This document shows positions 1 through 11,553 of a stretch of DNA of 64,000 nt, piece by piece; positions within the stretch are counted from its first letter, which is position 1; each line of letters opens with the position of its first letter. Under the pieces are notes generated by a model. It saw nothing but the letters and a program-made list of their open reading frames with translations, ran no database searches and had not been told where the DNA came from. The stretch is from Emiliania huxleyi CCMP1516 (Eukaryota). Location of the stretch: assembly GCF_000372725.1 (NCBI RefSeq), contig NW_005201113.1:124001-188000 (forward strand), in the 5' to 3' direction. Made by a program: the position numbers and the translations under genes.

Positions 1-1151
1 CCCGCCGGCACGAAGATGGCCTCAACGAGAGCAGGCAGCGACGCCTCCCACGCGGCCGCGTCGAGCACAACCTCGTTGTACCTGCATTCCCCCGCGCACC
101 ACGGGCGGTACTCCCCATAGGCGCCCTGCGTGCGGGAGTGCCGCTCGAGCATCTGCCGAAGGTTCTGGGGCCTGAAAGGGCACCACGAGTAGGGCGCGCA
201 CGCCGCAGCGTCCGGGCAAGTGTCGGGCAGCGTGCACCAAGTCGTGGCTGCGCCTCGCGCCCAGGCGGGGCCGCTCGTCTGCACGCAGCCCGGCACGCAA
301 CCGGGCGCGCTCGTCGCCCCGCAGACCCGATGGCTCGTCTTCCCGTCGCGCTCCCACGCACAGAGCAGCACGGCCTCAGAGGGCCTCACCACGAAGCCCG
401 GCTGTGACCGCGAGTAGATGTACGGGAGCCGCGCGTTGGAGAGCGACGCAGACATCTTGACACCGAACTCGGCACACGCCGTGCCGACGGTGCAAGCCGC
501 CCACTCTGGCACCCAGCCTGCCTCGCCCGGCGCTGCTTTCGCATCGTCCACCTGGTGCGTGAGTACTCCTGCCACGCTGAGGTTGTTGCTAGGTCTTCCG
601 CCTTGGAAGCGCGCACTCAGCCGGTCGGCTATCGCTTGCGGTGTGAGTGAGGCCGCGGATCGGGGCGGCGGCGGCGGCGGCGGCGACGGCACTGGCGGCG
701 GCGGCGGAGGTGGAGGCGGCGGCGACGGCACTGGCAGCGGCGGCGGAGGTGGAGGCGATGTGGGAAAGCCTGGTGGAGGCGGCGACGACAAGCCTGGCGG
801 AGGCGGCGGCGGCAAGCCCAGCAGCGGTGGCGGTGGCAAGCCTGGCAGCGGAGGCGGTGCCAACGCGGCGACGGCGGCGGTGGCAGAGGACAAGGCGGGG
901 CTGCCCATGGTGACCTTCATTGAGCATGTCGAGCCGCCAACAGGTGCCGTGTGCGTGGGTCGGGCGACGTGCGTCTCGCAGACCTTGAGGCGCCCGAGCG
1001 CTTGCCACTCAAAGGCAGCGCACGACGGCAGATCGGCGCAGCGCTGCTGGCACGCCTGGTACGACGGGGCCGAGTCTCGAACGAAGTCGCCCTTCCCCTT
1101 TCCGAGCCTGCAAGCGCCGCTGCGCGGGAGCCAGGCCTGCAGCGACGCCAT
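1..1151 (-). CDS. PAN/apple-like domain + Pro-rich linker + uncharacterised C-terminal domain (copy 1; runs off the window)
   Basis: ATG at 1151; CQQRCADLPSCAAFEW PAN-like Cys pattern, poly-Pro linker, then GGRPSNNLSVAGVLTHQVD...MSASL...CRYNEVVLD...LP..VEAIF; paralogous to 2092-3462. Confidence 0.7.
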   Translation of the reverse strand, partial: MASLQAWLPRSGACRLGKGKGDFVRDSAPSYQACQQRCADLPSCAAFEWQALGRLKVCETHVARPTHTAPVGGSTCSMKVTMGSPALSSATAAVAALAPPPLPGLPPPPLLGLPPPPPPGLSSPPPPGFPTSPPPPPPLPVPSPPPPPPPPPPVPSPPPPPPPRSAASLTPQAIADRLSARFQGGRPSNNLSVAGVLTHQVDDAKAAPGEAGWVPEWAACTVGTACAEFGVKMSASLSNARLPYIYSRSQPGFVVRPSEAVLLCAWERDGKTSHRVCGATSAPGCVPGCVQTSGPAWARGAATTWCTLPDTCPDAAACAPYSWCPFRPQNLRQMLERHSRTQGAYGEYRPWCAGECRYNEVVLDAAAWEASLPALVEAIFVPA

Positions 1152-1236
1152 GCGCGACACAGCAGAGCCGCGGCGCTCGCTCGAGACGCTGGTGCGGGGC
1201 GGCGTGCGTGCGTTCAGATTTGACGTGAAGAATTTT
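571..1236. repeat. Near-identical direct duplication, copy A (copy B at 2882-3553)
   Basis: Sequence matches at offset ~2311, ending at gtgaagaatttta in both copies. Confidence 0.95.
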
Positions 1237-1325
1237 ACTATACAAGCCCCTCTCACAGCAGACTGGCTCGGACTGGCACTACAGATGGCACAGCAGGCGA
1301 CGGCCCCTTACGGGTCGTCAAAGAG
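1237..1325 (-). mobile_element. 3' end fragment of the AAAATTCTT-associated retroelement family
   Basis: Reverse complement ...ccgtcgcctgctgtgcc...gagccagtctgctgtgagagggg...gt|aaaattctt resembles 15765-15830 and 23120-23160. Confidence 0.6.
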
Positions 1326-1939
1326 GCCGGCGTACTCCTCCGGCCGCTCCTCCCCCTCCCAATCCTCCCCGGGCTCTGGCTCCTCCTCCTTCGCCCGCGC
1401 CCTGGGCGGGGCGGCGGGCGGGCGCGCGGTGCGGCGCGGCGTGTGCGTGTGTGCGACTGCAACAAAGGACCGCTTGCAAGGGACCATTGGGCTGTACTAT
1501 TGACCGGGAGGCGGTAAGCCGTCGTCGCCCGGCGCTGCTTGCAGCACCGTGCGCCGTGGCGATGGCGCTAAGAGGTTCTCCTCTTTTCCGCGCCCCCCCC
1601 CGCAAGGCGCGCGACACACGTTTTCCCGATCATTTCGTCCGTCCAATCGAAGGAAGCGCCGGATCGCCCATGTTATGGAGTTAGCCAAACTTGCCGACGT
1701 TCTTCTGTCGAGATCCCGTGGTTTTTTTGCACGGTATTTCGGATTTTCGCTATTTGGTCGTGTGGGTGTGTATTCTGGGATTAGTCAATGGTACCGCGTC
1801 GGCGACGCGGGCGCCTTGCGGGCAGAGCCCTTAGCCACCCTTTATCGTGCGCGGTCAAAACTACCCCGGAGAACAGCCAAGCATGATACCCTAGGCTGCA
1901 AGGAGCCGGAACCCGTGGTGCCCTGCCCCCCTACCGCTA

Positions 1940-2100
1940 ATGTCGCTTGCCCTTCTCTCGTCTTACCTGGCGTTCAATATCCCGGCGACGCGCCGGGATG
2001 TGGCGATCGGAGGCGCTGCGGCCGCCGTTGCCAGCGCGTTCCCGATCCCGGCGTCTGCTGGACGTATGTTTGATCCGATCGGCGCACAACATCACAGCTG
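1940..2100 (+). pseudogene. 5' fragment of a probable thylakoid-lumen protein gene
   Basis: MSLALLSSYLAFN signal-like start, then TRRDVAIGGAAAAVASAFPIPASA twin-Arg/AxA motif; the frame then runs into the antisense of the convergent gene. Confidence 0.45.
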
Positions 2101-3462
2101 GAAGGCCTGGAGGAAGGCGTTTCCAGCAGAAGCGCCTGCTTCGTATCGTAGAAGCGGCACATCTTGCCGACTCAGGCCGAACTGCTGTACAAACTGCGAA
2201 TGCACCTCGCGAGCCTTCTGTTCTCCGAGCGCACTCGCCTGCGCACCTCCCACATAGAAGATGGCCTCGACTGTGCCCGGCAAGTTTGCGTTCCAGCTGC
2301 TTGGGTCAAGCACCACCTCATTATACCGGCAGTTATGCTCAGGCTCGCCTCGCCCGCGGGAATGCCAGCACCAATCGGAATCCGCGGTGAGTGCAAGTTG
2401 AGGCCCGCGCTGCAGTTGCACCTCAAGCATCGCTTGCAGTTGAGTGGGGTGCCAAGGCCCCCAACAGTCAAAGTTTTGGCACCACGCCGGCGGGCCGGAG
2501 TGCCCTTCCTTCTGGCACCCAGGTATGCAGCCAGATCCGCCCCTGGCTGCAGTGCACCACTTCTCGTCCGTTTCCCCGTCCCTCGCGTATGAGCATAGCA
2601 CTCGTACGCGCGCAGGGTCGAGGATGAAGCCCGCCCGCCGCGAGGAGAAGAGGAACGGCTGAGCAAACGAAATGAGAGAGGCCGAGGTGCGGTCCGCAGG
2701 TCGTCGCTTCCCTCCGGAGAGCGTTGCGACGGCACCCTCGCACGCGGTGCACAGCTCCCACGGCTGCGAGCCGAGCTGCAGTGAGGTGTAGTCGAACTGG
2801 TGGACGAGTAACCCAGCGCTGCCAAGGTCATTCGAAGGCATGCCCCAGCGAAAGCGTTCGTTAATCCGTCGGATCCGAGCAGCCACGCTGAGGATTGGGC
2901 TAGGTCTTCCGCCTTGGAAGCGCGCACTCAGCCGGTCGGCTATCGCTTGCGGTGTGAGTGAGGCCGCGGATCGGGGCGGCGGCGGCGGCGGCGGCGACGG
3001 CACTGGCGGCGGCGGCGGAGGTGGAGGCGGCGGCGACGGCACTGGCAGCGGCGGCGGAGGTGGAGGCGATGTGGGAAAGCCTGGTGGAGGCGGCGACAAC
3101 AAGCCTGGCGGAGGCGGCGGCGGCAAGCCCGGCAGCGGTGGCGGTGGCAAGCCTGGCAGCGGAGGCGGTGCCAACGCGGCGACGGCGGCAGTGGCAGAGG
3201 ACAAGGCGGGGCTGCCCATGGTGACCTTCATTGAGCATGTCGAGCCGCCAACAGGTGCCGTGTGCGTGGGTCGGGCGACGTGCGTCTCGCAGACCTTGAG
3301 GCGCCCGAGCGCTTGCCACTCAAAGGCAGCGCACGACGGCAGATCGGCGCAGCGCTGCTGGCACGCCTGGTACGACGGGGCCGAGTCTCGAACGAAGTCG
3401 CCCTTCCCCTTTCCGAGCCTGCAAGCGCCGCTGCGCGGGAGCCAGGCCTGCAGCGACGCCAT
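2092..3462 (-). CDS. PAN/apple-like + Pro-rich + uncharacterised C-terminal domain (copy 2, chimeric)
   Basis: ORF 2092-3471 with ATG at 3462; N-terminal part near-identical to copy 1; C-terminal LVHQFD...TSASL...YNEVVLD...VEAIF diverged. Confidence 0.75.
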   Translation of the reverse strand: MASLQAWLPRSGACRLGKGKGDFVRDSAPSYQACQQRCADLPSCAAFEWQALGRLKVCETHVARPTHTAPVGGSTCSMKVTMGSPALSSATAAVAALAPPPLPGLPPPPLPGLPPPPPPGLLSPPPPGFPTSPPPPPPLPVPSPPPPPPPPPPVPSPPPPPPPRSAASLTPQAIADRLSARFQGGRPSPILSVAARIRRINERFRWGMPSNDLGSAGLLVHQFDYTSLQLGSQPWELCTACEGAVATLSGGKRRPADRTSASLISFAQPFLFSSRRAGFILDPARVRVLCSYARDGETDEKWCTAARGGSGCIPGCQKEGHSGPPAWCQNFDCWGPWHPTQLQAMLEVQLQRGPQLALTADSDWCWHSRGRGEPEHNCRYNEVVLDPSSWNANLPGTVEAIFYVGGAQASALGEQKAREVHSQFVQQFGLSRQDVPLLRYEAGASAGNAFLQAFQL

Positions 3463-3723
3463 GCGCGACACAGCAGAGCCGCGGCGCTCGCTCGAGACGC
3501 TGGTGCGGCGTGCGTGCGTTCAGATTTCGACTCGGCGTGACGTGAAGAATTTTAACGGACAACTCTCTCTCACGTGTGGGCGGCAGCTGTCTGTTTACAG
3601 GCGCTGGCCGCCCGCGCGCGCGCCGGACCGGCTCCGGCACGTCCGGCGCTGGGCGGCGCGCGTCCACACTGCGCGTCGCGCAAAAGGCGAGCGCTCGCCG
3701 CCGCTACGGCGGCGGCGGCGGCC

Positions 3724-3812
3724 GACGGCCGACGGCAGACGGCCGACGGCAGACGGCAGACGGCAGACGGCAGACGGCAGACGGCAGACGGCAGACGGCA
3801 GACGGCAGACGG
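3724..3812. repeat. (ACGGCAG)n heptamer tandem repeat
   Basis: Directly visible. Confidence 0.95.
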
Positions 3813-4027
3813 CCTACGGCTCGGCTGGGCGCGCACGCGCACGCGCGCGCGTCGCGCGCCACGCGTCGCTCCGCGAGGGCGCGCGCCAACCGCGATTCGA
3901 ACCGGGGCCAAAAGGCGCCTGGAGCGACCGCGGTCCGGTCGCGCCACCGCGGCTGCGGGGCTGATAGAGCAGGCCGGCTGCGGCTCCTAATGTACCTCCG
4001 CTTTTGGGTGGCGTTCAGGGCGGCTCC

Positions 4028-4040
4028 ACACGCACGCACG

Positions 4041-4108
<68 letters not shown>
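4028..4108. repeat. (CA)n microsatellite
   Basis: Directly visible. Confidence 0.95.
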
Positions 4109-4110
<2 letters not shown>

Positions 4111-5028
4111 CATGCACAGACACACAGCCCCTTCCCCTCCCCCCTCAAGGGCGAGGACACGCAGAGGCCGCACCTCTAGTGAGGCCCGCATAGTATGTGG
4201 GAGACTCGTGCCGCCGCCCCTGCCACCCCTGTGTCAGTGTGCCTGTGGTAGCGAGAGGCTGCCAGCGACAAGCTGGAGGCAGTCGCTAGACTGAGATGAG
4301 ACCGCCAGTGGATGTGGGAGTCCACCGCGCACCGCGCTGCGAGCCTGGTCGGCCCCCCTAGACTGAAAACAAAAACAAAGTGTAGAAACCGTCAAAAAAT
4401 CAGCTTCCGAGAGCGGCGCTGCGCGCCGCCTAGAGGACGACGATAGCGAGGATGTCATGTTGCGCGATGGCGTCATCCATTTCGTCATAGCCACCTTCAT
4501 CGTGGACCGTCGCCACGACGCCGCCGTCTCGCCTACGCCACCGCCGTCGCCATCATGGGCCTCGCTGTCGAGATGGCCCCCTCGGAGCAGCCCACACACA
4601 CACACTCACTCACACTCCCCTCCCTTCGCGGCCCGATGGGGAGGAACGGGGCGAGCCCCCTCCAACCCACCCGCGCTAGGTCTCGGGGGACGAAGGGGTC
4701 ACACCCGACGACCTCGGGAACTAGCCGGGGCAGTCGGAGAAGTGGCAACTCCGTGCACTGACGGTCGGCCGCCAGAAAACACGCCTCCGTGGCTCGGGTT
4801 ACACCAATCTTCGCTACCCAACGCGGCCAAAGGATATCCACCTTGAGAACCTCGAGAACCTCTGCCCAGAAAAAGAATTCAGTCTACGGAGGCGGCCCCT
4901 CTCGGCTGCTGGCTGACCTGTGCCGCTTGCCGGCTGCGCTGCGCTGTTTGCTGACGTGCGCTGCTGGCCAACTGCGCTGCGCTGTTTGCCCGATGTGTGT
5001 GCCGACAGCTCAGCGCGAGATCTGCTGG

Positions 5029-6464
5029 ATGTTGACGTGCCTCGGGTGCTTTGACTCGCGTGCGAGTCGACGGCGAGGCGCGTGGCAGCGATCACCAGCT
5101 GTCATTCTGCTCATCAGTATACCACTTGGCCTCTGCGCCGACAATGGCCTGGCCATCACCCCTCCGCTCGGCTGGAGGTCTTGGAACTACTACGGCATGA
5201 GGTTTACGCAGCAGGACATGCTGCAGCAGGCGGCAGCGGTGACGGCTCGCCGCGGCGGGCGGCCAAGCCTCCGCGATGTTGGGTACGATCACCTTGGCGT
5301 TGACATGGGATGGGAAGGGTGCGGACGGGGTCTGAATGGGTCGTTCCATTCAGCTGATGGGTGGCCCATCGTCGATTCCGACAAGTTCCCGAACCTCACC
5401 GCGCTTCACGGCATGGGCCTGAAGACCGGATTCTATTTCAACCCCTGCTGGTGCAGCGTCGAGTGGAAGGTGTGGCCGACAGGCAACACCGCCAAAGACG
5501 CGGCGACGGTGCTGGACCTTGGCTTCGACGGCGTAAAGATTGACGGCTGCGGTCCAGCGAACAACATGACGCTCTGGGGTGAGCTCCTCAACGCCAGCGG
5601 CCGGCCTCTCCTCATCGAGGACTGCCTCGATAAGCACTGGTGGGTACCGGGCAAGGAGCCGCCCACACCGACCGTCCAGCTCCTCCGCGACTGCCCGAGC
5701 AACTTCTACAGGACGACCACCGATATCCTTGCCAGTTTCTACTCGATAATGGGCAACCTGATGACGAGTGCGGCCTTCGTGAAGGAGCACGAGACAGCAG
5801 ACGGGCCGGTGTCCCGCCCGGGATGCTGGGCGTATCCAGACATGCTTCAGGTCGGCCATGAGATCAGCTTGGTCGAGTCGTTCACCCACTTTGCTGCCTG
5901 GTGCCGCCGCCCTCGCCGCCGCGCCGCCGAGATGCCCGACTCATCGCTTGTCCCTCTGCCTCTGGACATAGGTGCATCACGAGTGCACCGCTCATTCTCG
6001 GTTGCGACTTGACCAATGACACCGTTTACAATGAGGTCTATCCGATTGTGACAAGCCCTCTGGCGCTAAAAGTCAACCAGGAGTGGGCGGGACACGAAGG
6101 GGGGCTGGCTGCAAGCGCGGAGGACACCTTTACGACGCACGCCGGGACGACCACAGTCACTACCTTTCCCGTCTGGCAGGTGTGGCACAAAAGGCTTCCC
6201 GCCATCGGGGACAGAGCGACGGGAGCTGTTCTGCTCATTAATCTGAGCGAGCAGCCTCGCAATGTGACGCTAACATACTCGGACGCGGACCCGCGGTTCG
6301 GGAGCACGGTCACAGGAACGGACGTGTGGACCGGGGAGAAGGTAAACCTCTCGGCCAAGAGCCAAGCCTTCAGTCTCGCTCCGCATGCCAGTCGGTTCCT
6401 CATCCTACAAGCCGTGAGTCACATGGCTGGGATGTGGCTGGCCGGTGAGCGCGAGGCCGTGTGA
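5029..6464 (+). CDS. GH27 alpha-galactosidase / alpha-N-acetylgalactosaminidase; intron 5901-5971
   Basis: DNGLAITPPLGWRSWN, VDMGW, VKIDGC, PGCWAYPDMLQVG; HFAAW|CITSAPLILG joined across a GT-AG intron; C-terminal beta domain; start codon uncertain (4993 or 5029). Confidence 0.93.
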
Positions 6465-6710
6465 CTTCGTTGATGGATGATGCACCCATCCATGCAGATG
6501 CACACTGCATTCTCTGCATTCAAGCATGTGTGTGTGATATTGTAATATAAAAGGAGTACTCAAAAGTGCTAGAGAATGGCGGCTGTGCGGGCGCGGTCTT
6601 CCCTCTCTCCGGGGTATCGGCTATGAATCGCGTACCTCCGGCGTCGACCGTCGAGTACGTGGTGGCCGGGCTGACTAGGTCCAGCCCAGGGTGAGGCAGA
6701 TCTGACGTTC

Positions 6711-6840
6711 TAAGGTAAGGTAAGGTAAATTTCTCCACACACACAAGTGGTGGGGCAAGGGGGGGCGACCCTCGCATCTCCACACCCGGACACGGGCAGG
6801 AGCCCCACGGCATTCAAAGTGCAAGCACTGGCCCGGTGCA
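6711..6840 (-). mobile_element. Retroelement 3' end with (CCTTA)n tail
   Basis: Homologous to 12986-13107; ends ...tgtgtgtggagaaatttaccttaccttacctta on the minus strand. Confidence 0.75.
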
Positions 6841-7142
6841 CGTGGGTGAGCAGCCTGCCCCTCCCTCCCGACAAACCAACTCCCGCACACACACAATCGC
6901 ACTCTGGCCATCGAATGACTCCGAATGACTCACTGTGTGTGCTAAGACAAAATCTCCGCAGACAGCCAAAACGGGCCGTGCCGCGTTTGTGGTGTCTTCT
7001 CAAGCACTACATATGCTAGTGCTATCCTGCCCTATGGGAGGCAGAGGCAGGGATGGGGGGAGGGGGGGGAAGAGGTAAGGTGGGGTGAGACTGGGGAGGA
7101 CCTCAGAGGTCCTCCATGGGGGTGGGGTCCGGCCCGAAAAGG

Positions 7143-7823
7143 TCAAGTCCCGCCATCGCCGCCGACGCCGTCGCCCTCGTCCGCCTCGGAGGCGGGGGTC
7201 GTCGGGCGGGGCGCCTCGCCCGTCGCGAACCTGCCGCCGAACACGGCGTCGGCCGGCGCCGAGGCGCCGGCAGCCGTGATCAGGTCGGCGACCTTTCGGT
7301 CCCTGCAGGCCGCATCGATTTTGCCGCGCCGGGACGGCTCGTAGAGCTCGTTTGCGAGCCAGTCCCGGGCGACCTTCGTCGCCACGGAGCCCAGAGGGAC
7401 CGTGGCGTACACCAGGTCGCCGAACCCGCTGCCCCCCTCGGGAGGGAGCGAGTAGGCGACCTGAATATTGGACCCGCTGGGGTTGCGCGCCGCCTGCGCC
7501 GCAGCCTCCAGGCCCTCCATCACGAACTCGACGTTCTCGCGTAGCTGCGCGTGCGGGTAGTCCGCACGCTCGGCCTTGCTCGCCGCCGCCGCCGCAGCCT
7601 TCTCCGCCTTGTTCTTCTTCTGCCGGGCCTTTTTGGCCCTGCGAGCCGCGGCCCGAGCTTCCTTCTGCTCCTCCGTCGGCTTCTCCTTCCGCGACGCGGT
7701 GCGCTCGAGGAACGAGCGCTCCGCCGCCTGCACAGGCTCGCGGTCACCCGCGGCCTTCTCGGACTTAGCTCGAAGGTCGCCGTCCCGTAGCCAGTTGGGG
7801 TAGCCAGAGGCGGTAGGCACCAT
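7143..7823 (-). CDS. Hypothetical protein, possibly transposon-derived
   Basis: Protein-like ORF with a Lys/Ala-rich helix; no recognised family. Confidence 0.3.
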   Translation of the reverse strand: MVPTASGYPNWLRDGDLRAKSEKAAGDREPVQAAERSFLERTASRKEKPTEEQKEARAAARRAKKARQKKNKAEKAAAAAASKAERADYPHAQLRENVEFVMEGLEAAAQAARNPSGSNIQVAYSLPPEGGSGFGDLVYATVPLGSVATKVARDWLANELYEPSRRGKIDAACRDRKVADLITAAGASAPADAVFGGRFATGEAPRPTTPASEADEGDGVGGDGGT

Positions 7824-8690
7824 ATGGTGGACGCGCGAAAGTTGAAAGTTTTGTGGTGATCGATGGCCCAACGAAAATCGGCCCAACGAAAACAGCACTA
7901 TTTAAGGGCAAAAACCGATTTGCTGTGGAGGCGTAATTAATAAGTGTCCGGTCGTTTTTGGCGGGTCAGGTGGTCTCGCTCGTTCGTTTGCAAAAAAAGC
8001 TCACTCACCCATTTTCTCCAATTTCATTTCCGCCTTCTCCCGTTTTCATTTCCGCCTTCTCGTTTTCATTCATGTTCTCCCTCTCTTTCGTACACAAAGA
8101 GACGAGATCAGTGAGATCAAACTTTGGACCCCCCTCCGGGGTGGCTTGCCCGTTGGGGTCGGCCGCGCCGACACCGGAGGCAACCCCGGCTCCGTTGGAG
8201 ACAAGTTCGCCTTCGGCACAGTCTTGGAGAACCCTGTCCACGCCTGAGGATTCTGCACTAGCGATTCTGCCACCCAAGACAGGATTCTGTATGCGGAGGC
8301 TCGAGAGGGATTCGTGTCCGTTTCTTCTGATTCTCACTCTCCTGAGGCACCATCATCGGACGACGTCGACGAGTTGGGTCTCTCTCGCGGTAGCCAGGTA
8401 GTCCCCCATACTAGTAGCACCAGCCATGGCCTCAGGGAGCGCGGGCGAGGGCGCTGGAAGCAACACGGACAAAAAAACATCAAAAGTGGTCATGTTGACA
8501 CCACCCGTAATTAGCGTATTTGTGCACAACTAGTCACTTCAATCTAGAGCCGTACATATATGACACACGACGGACGGAGACCAGAGATAATAGTATCGAT
8601 GGCACAATAATCCTAATGCTAAGACTAAGCGCTAAGCCAACTCTACATGCAGACCAACCAGGCCCCCCTCCCTCGTTTATGGGAAGATGA

Positions 8691-9518
8691 TCAGAGTTCC
8701 CTATCCCGTCGCGCCGTGCTCCGGCGCAGCAGCGCCTGGTCGGGAGGCGACTCTTCGTCCGATGCCGATTCGGGGCTACAGCCGGCGGCGGCGGATCTCC
8801 CCTTCGGGACGACGCGTGCCTGTCTGGGCGATTCGTTCCGAGCGAACCACGCGTGCCACGCCCGGCCGGTGCGGAGGAGGTAGCTCTGCAAGAGGCAAAA
8901 ACCAAGCAGGAACGACCCCGCCTGGGAGAAGAAGTACGCCTCGATGCCGTGCCGCACAACCCACCAGCCAGCCACCTGCCGATCGAAGGTCACATACGCT
9001 GCTTGCACCGACGCGGCGCCCAACAGCGTCCACGCGACACCACCGCACCCAAGTAGCAGTATAAACGGGAGGCGAGTTCGTTGGCCGATGCACACGCCAA
9101 GCCAACCGCAGTGGTGGTCAAAACCGGCACAGCACTGACCGCATTCGCTGCAATGATGCGAGCCGAGCGGCCGGAGCACGCCGCACTGAGGCACGCTGCA
9201 CCGGCCCCACGCTTCAGCATCTGCCTTTGCAGCATCCTAGCGGCGCACCCAGCCAGGATCGGCAAGGCCTATCCAGATGCTCAATAGGATTGCGCTGACG
9301 CCGGCCGCCTGGCCCACCACCTTGTTGACGCGGAGCATAATCTGCATCAACCACCAAGACTCACAGCATGGTGCGGTGCCGAGTGGCACGAGAACCGTCC
9401 ATCCGTAGACAAAGGAAGCGGCGATGACGAAGAGCAGGACGACAGGCATACCGACGCGGATGCGAGAGTTGCACGCACGCGGGTCGAGGCGCGGCCGCTC
9501 CAGCAGGCAGAACACCAC
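8691..9518 (-). pseudogene. DHHC palmitoyltransferase with an in-frame TAG
   Basis: TM helices, DPGWVRR*DAAKA, then QCGVLRPLGSHHCSECGQCCAGFDHHCGWLGVCIG in the same frame; stop at 9237-9239. Confidence 0.8.
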
Positions 9519-9984
9519 TTGCGCCTCTGCCGCTTACAGTCCTGCGTTGACTGCTGGTGTAGACTCGCTCGAAGACGAGTAGAGGAACCCGCGGGCTTCA
9601 TTCGACGCCGTTCACGCGATCGGCTGGTTTTCGCTTTTTCTTTTGCGACGGGGAGGGGGGGGGGGGGTCGTACTCGAAACCACCATGCCGCAACCGTCGC
9701 CGGCGCGCGACACGTTCCCGTAGGCCGGACTGTCCTCGTCGAGAGTGTGTGCCGCCAAGGCGGGACACACTCAGGGGCAGTGCCGACGGGACGCGGCTCG
9801 AAGGGTGTGGCTCCGCAGCGCGGCCGGCACTCGTCGCAGAGGCCTCACCTTCAAAAAGTCGGGCATGGCTCTCCCCGCAACTTTCTCGCTAACACGCGCG
9901 CACCGCCGAGCCTGGGGCGGGCGCGCTGCGGCCGCACGTCTAACTTCGTCATAGTGCCACGACGTGCGGCCTAGATTTAGCCCA

Positions 9985-10448
9985 CGCGCCTCTGCTCGCA
10001 AACACTCACCCATTGAATTGTCACTGCCCGTGAGTGCGAGATAGGGCTAGCAGTAGGCAGCTAGCCTCTGAGGAGGGCGTCCATAGACACCTCACTAGAC
10101 CCCACACACGGTCTTGTCCGTGCCTCGCCGGCCGGCGAGATTGCTAGAGGTGGAGCAAGCTGCTCTAGCCTCGCATGTTACTCCTGTCGTCTGTTGTGAT
10201 GTTGTGCCCTTGTTTGTTTCTCTTGGCACCCTGGAGTGCTGGGGGGGGCGACAGGAAGAATGTGGCCCTGACTGAGTTATGTGTACGCCAACTCAGGGTG
10301 TGTGGCAGCCAGCTGGCTGTGTGTCTTGTGAGCTTGTTTGTGTCTGTGTGTCGCTCGTGCGTGTCGTCATCATCTGTCTCGCGTCCACCCATACCGCGTT
10401 GGTGTCCAGTCCGAGCCTGGCTGTTCTTCACCTTTCTACCTACCTACC
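9985..10448 (+). mobile_element. Dispersed repeat with (CTAC)n tail (SINE/LINE-like 3' end)
   Basis: Close copy at ~32075-32535; partial copies at ~31348-31565 and ~41940-42120. Confidence 0.8.
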
Positions 10449-11308
10449 GCAGGCGAAAAAATAAATAAATAAATAAAAACGGACACCTCTCTACTGTGAG
10501 ATGGGTAAAAAGGAACAGGCCCCCGCCCTTGCGATCTTTGTGCAGGGTTCTTTGTGGGTGTGGTCGGCGACTAGCCGGGGTCGTCCTCCCGATGGGGGAC
10601 TAGCACTAGCCGTCTTCCACATGGTCCCTCGGGTCCCTGCTGCTCCTAATCTCTTCGTACATCCTCCTGCTGATCTCCGCAAAGTCCTGCTCCCTCCCTC
10701 GTCTCGCCCTGCGCGTCTGCTCCGCCTCACCGTCTTCTGCCCTGCGTCGTCTGGCGACGGGTCCTCCATAGTCGGTCGAAGTCGCCGCCCTCCTCGTGCC
10801 TCTTCCCATACCGCAGGCGAGGATAGGGAACGCGCACTAAATTTCTTTGAGCTTAGCCTTCGATGTTATGAAACAAACGCAAGGCGGACATGGCATATCG
10901 CTCTCGGGCCCACAGACATCCCGCACACCCGCCGCACACCCGCCGCCACCCGCGCGCGCCCCACCCCGGCCGGGAGAAAGGGGAGTGAAAGTGCGGGATG
11001 GAAAGCCCGGGTATGTTGAGTCCTGGCTCAACAACGCAGGTTAAGAACGGGGGTGGTCCGGCTCACAAGTCCGGCTCACGGGCCCCGAGCTCTCACTCGC
11101 ACTCCCGCCCGCGCCGAGCCAAAGGAGCTCCGCGGAGCCGCCAGGCGCCCGCCCCGGCGATTCGCTCGCTACGCGTCGCTCACCGCCGGGGCGGGCGCCT
11201 GGCGGCGCCGCTGCGCAAAAAGAATTTTGAAAAGAATTCCAGTTTAAAAGAAATAACAACCGCTTTTCTGCCGGCCGCGGTGGGGCGCGCGCGGGGGCGG
11301 CGGGTGTG

Positions 11309-11342
11309 AGAGATTTTTAGCAATACCAAACATTTTGTTTGT
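11309..11342 (-). mobile_element. ~34-bp micro-insertion with TSD
   Basis: agagatttttagcaataccaaac flanked by gcgggtgtg at 11300-11308 and 11343-11351. Confidence 0.7.
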
Positions 11343-11553
11343 GCGGGTGTGCGTGAAGTCTGCGGGCCCGAGAGTTCATTTTAACAACCCGAGAGCGATG
11401 CGCGCCATATAAAAAAGAATTTTAAAAAGAAATATACCGGTGTCGGTTGGACCAATACACGGCGCACGCAGCACCCCGCAGCGCGCCGCCTACTTTCACG
11501 CCGCGCCGCAGAGCTCAGTTTAGCGTTCACCGGAGCCGTCAAGCGCGGACGTG

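Noticed and set aside
418..3964. Gly-rich plus-strand ORFs 418-1503 and 2840-3964
   Set aside because: Antisense shadows of the Pro-rich minus-strand genes
7950..8520. Transposase remnant
   Set aside because: AT-richer, protein-like fragments with stops, but no motif I can assign
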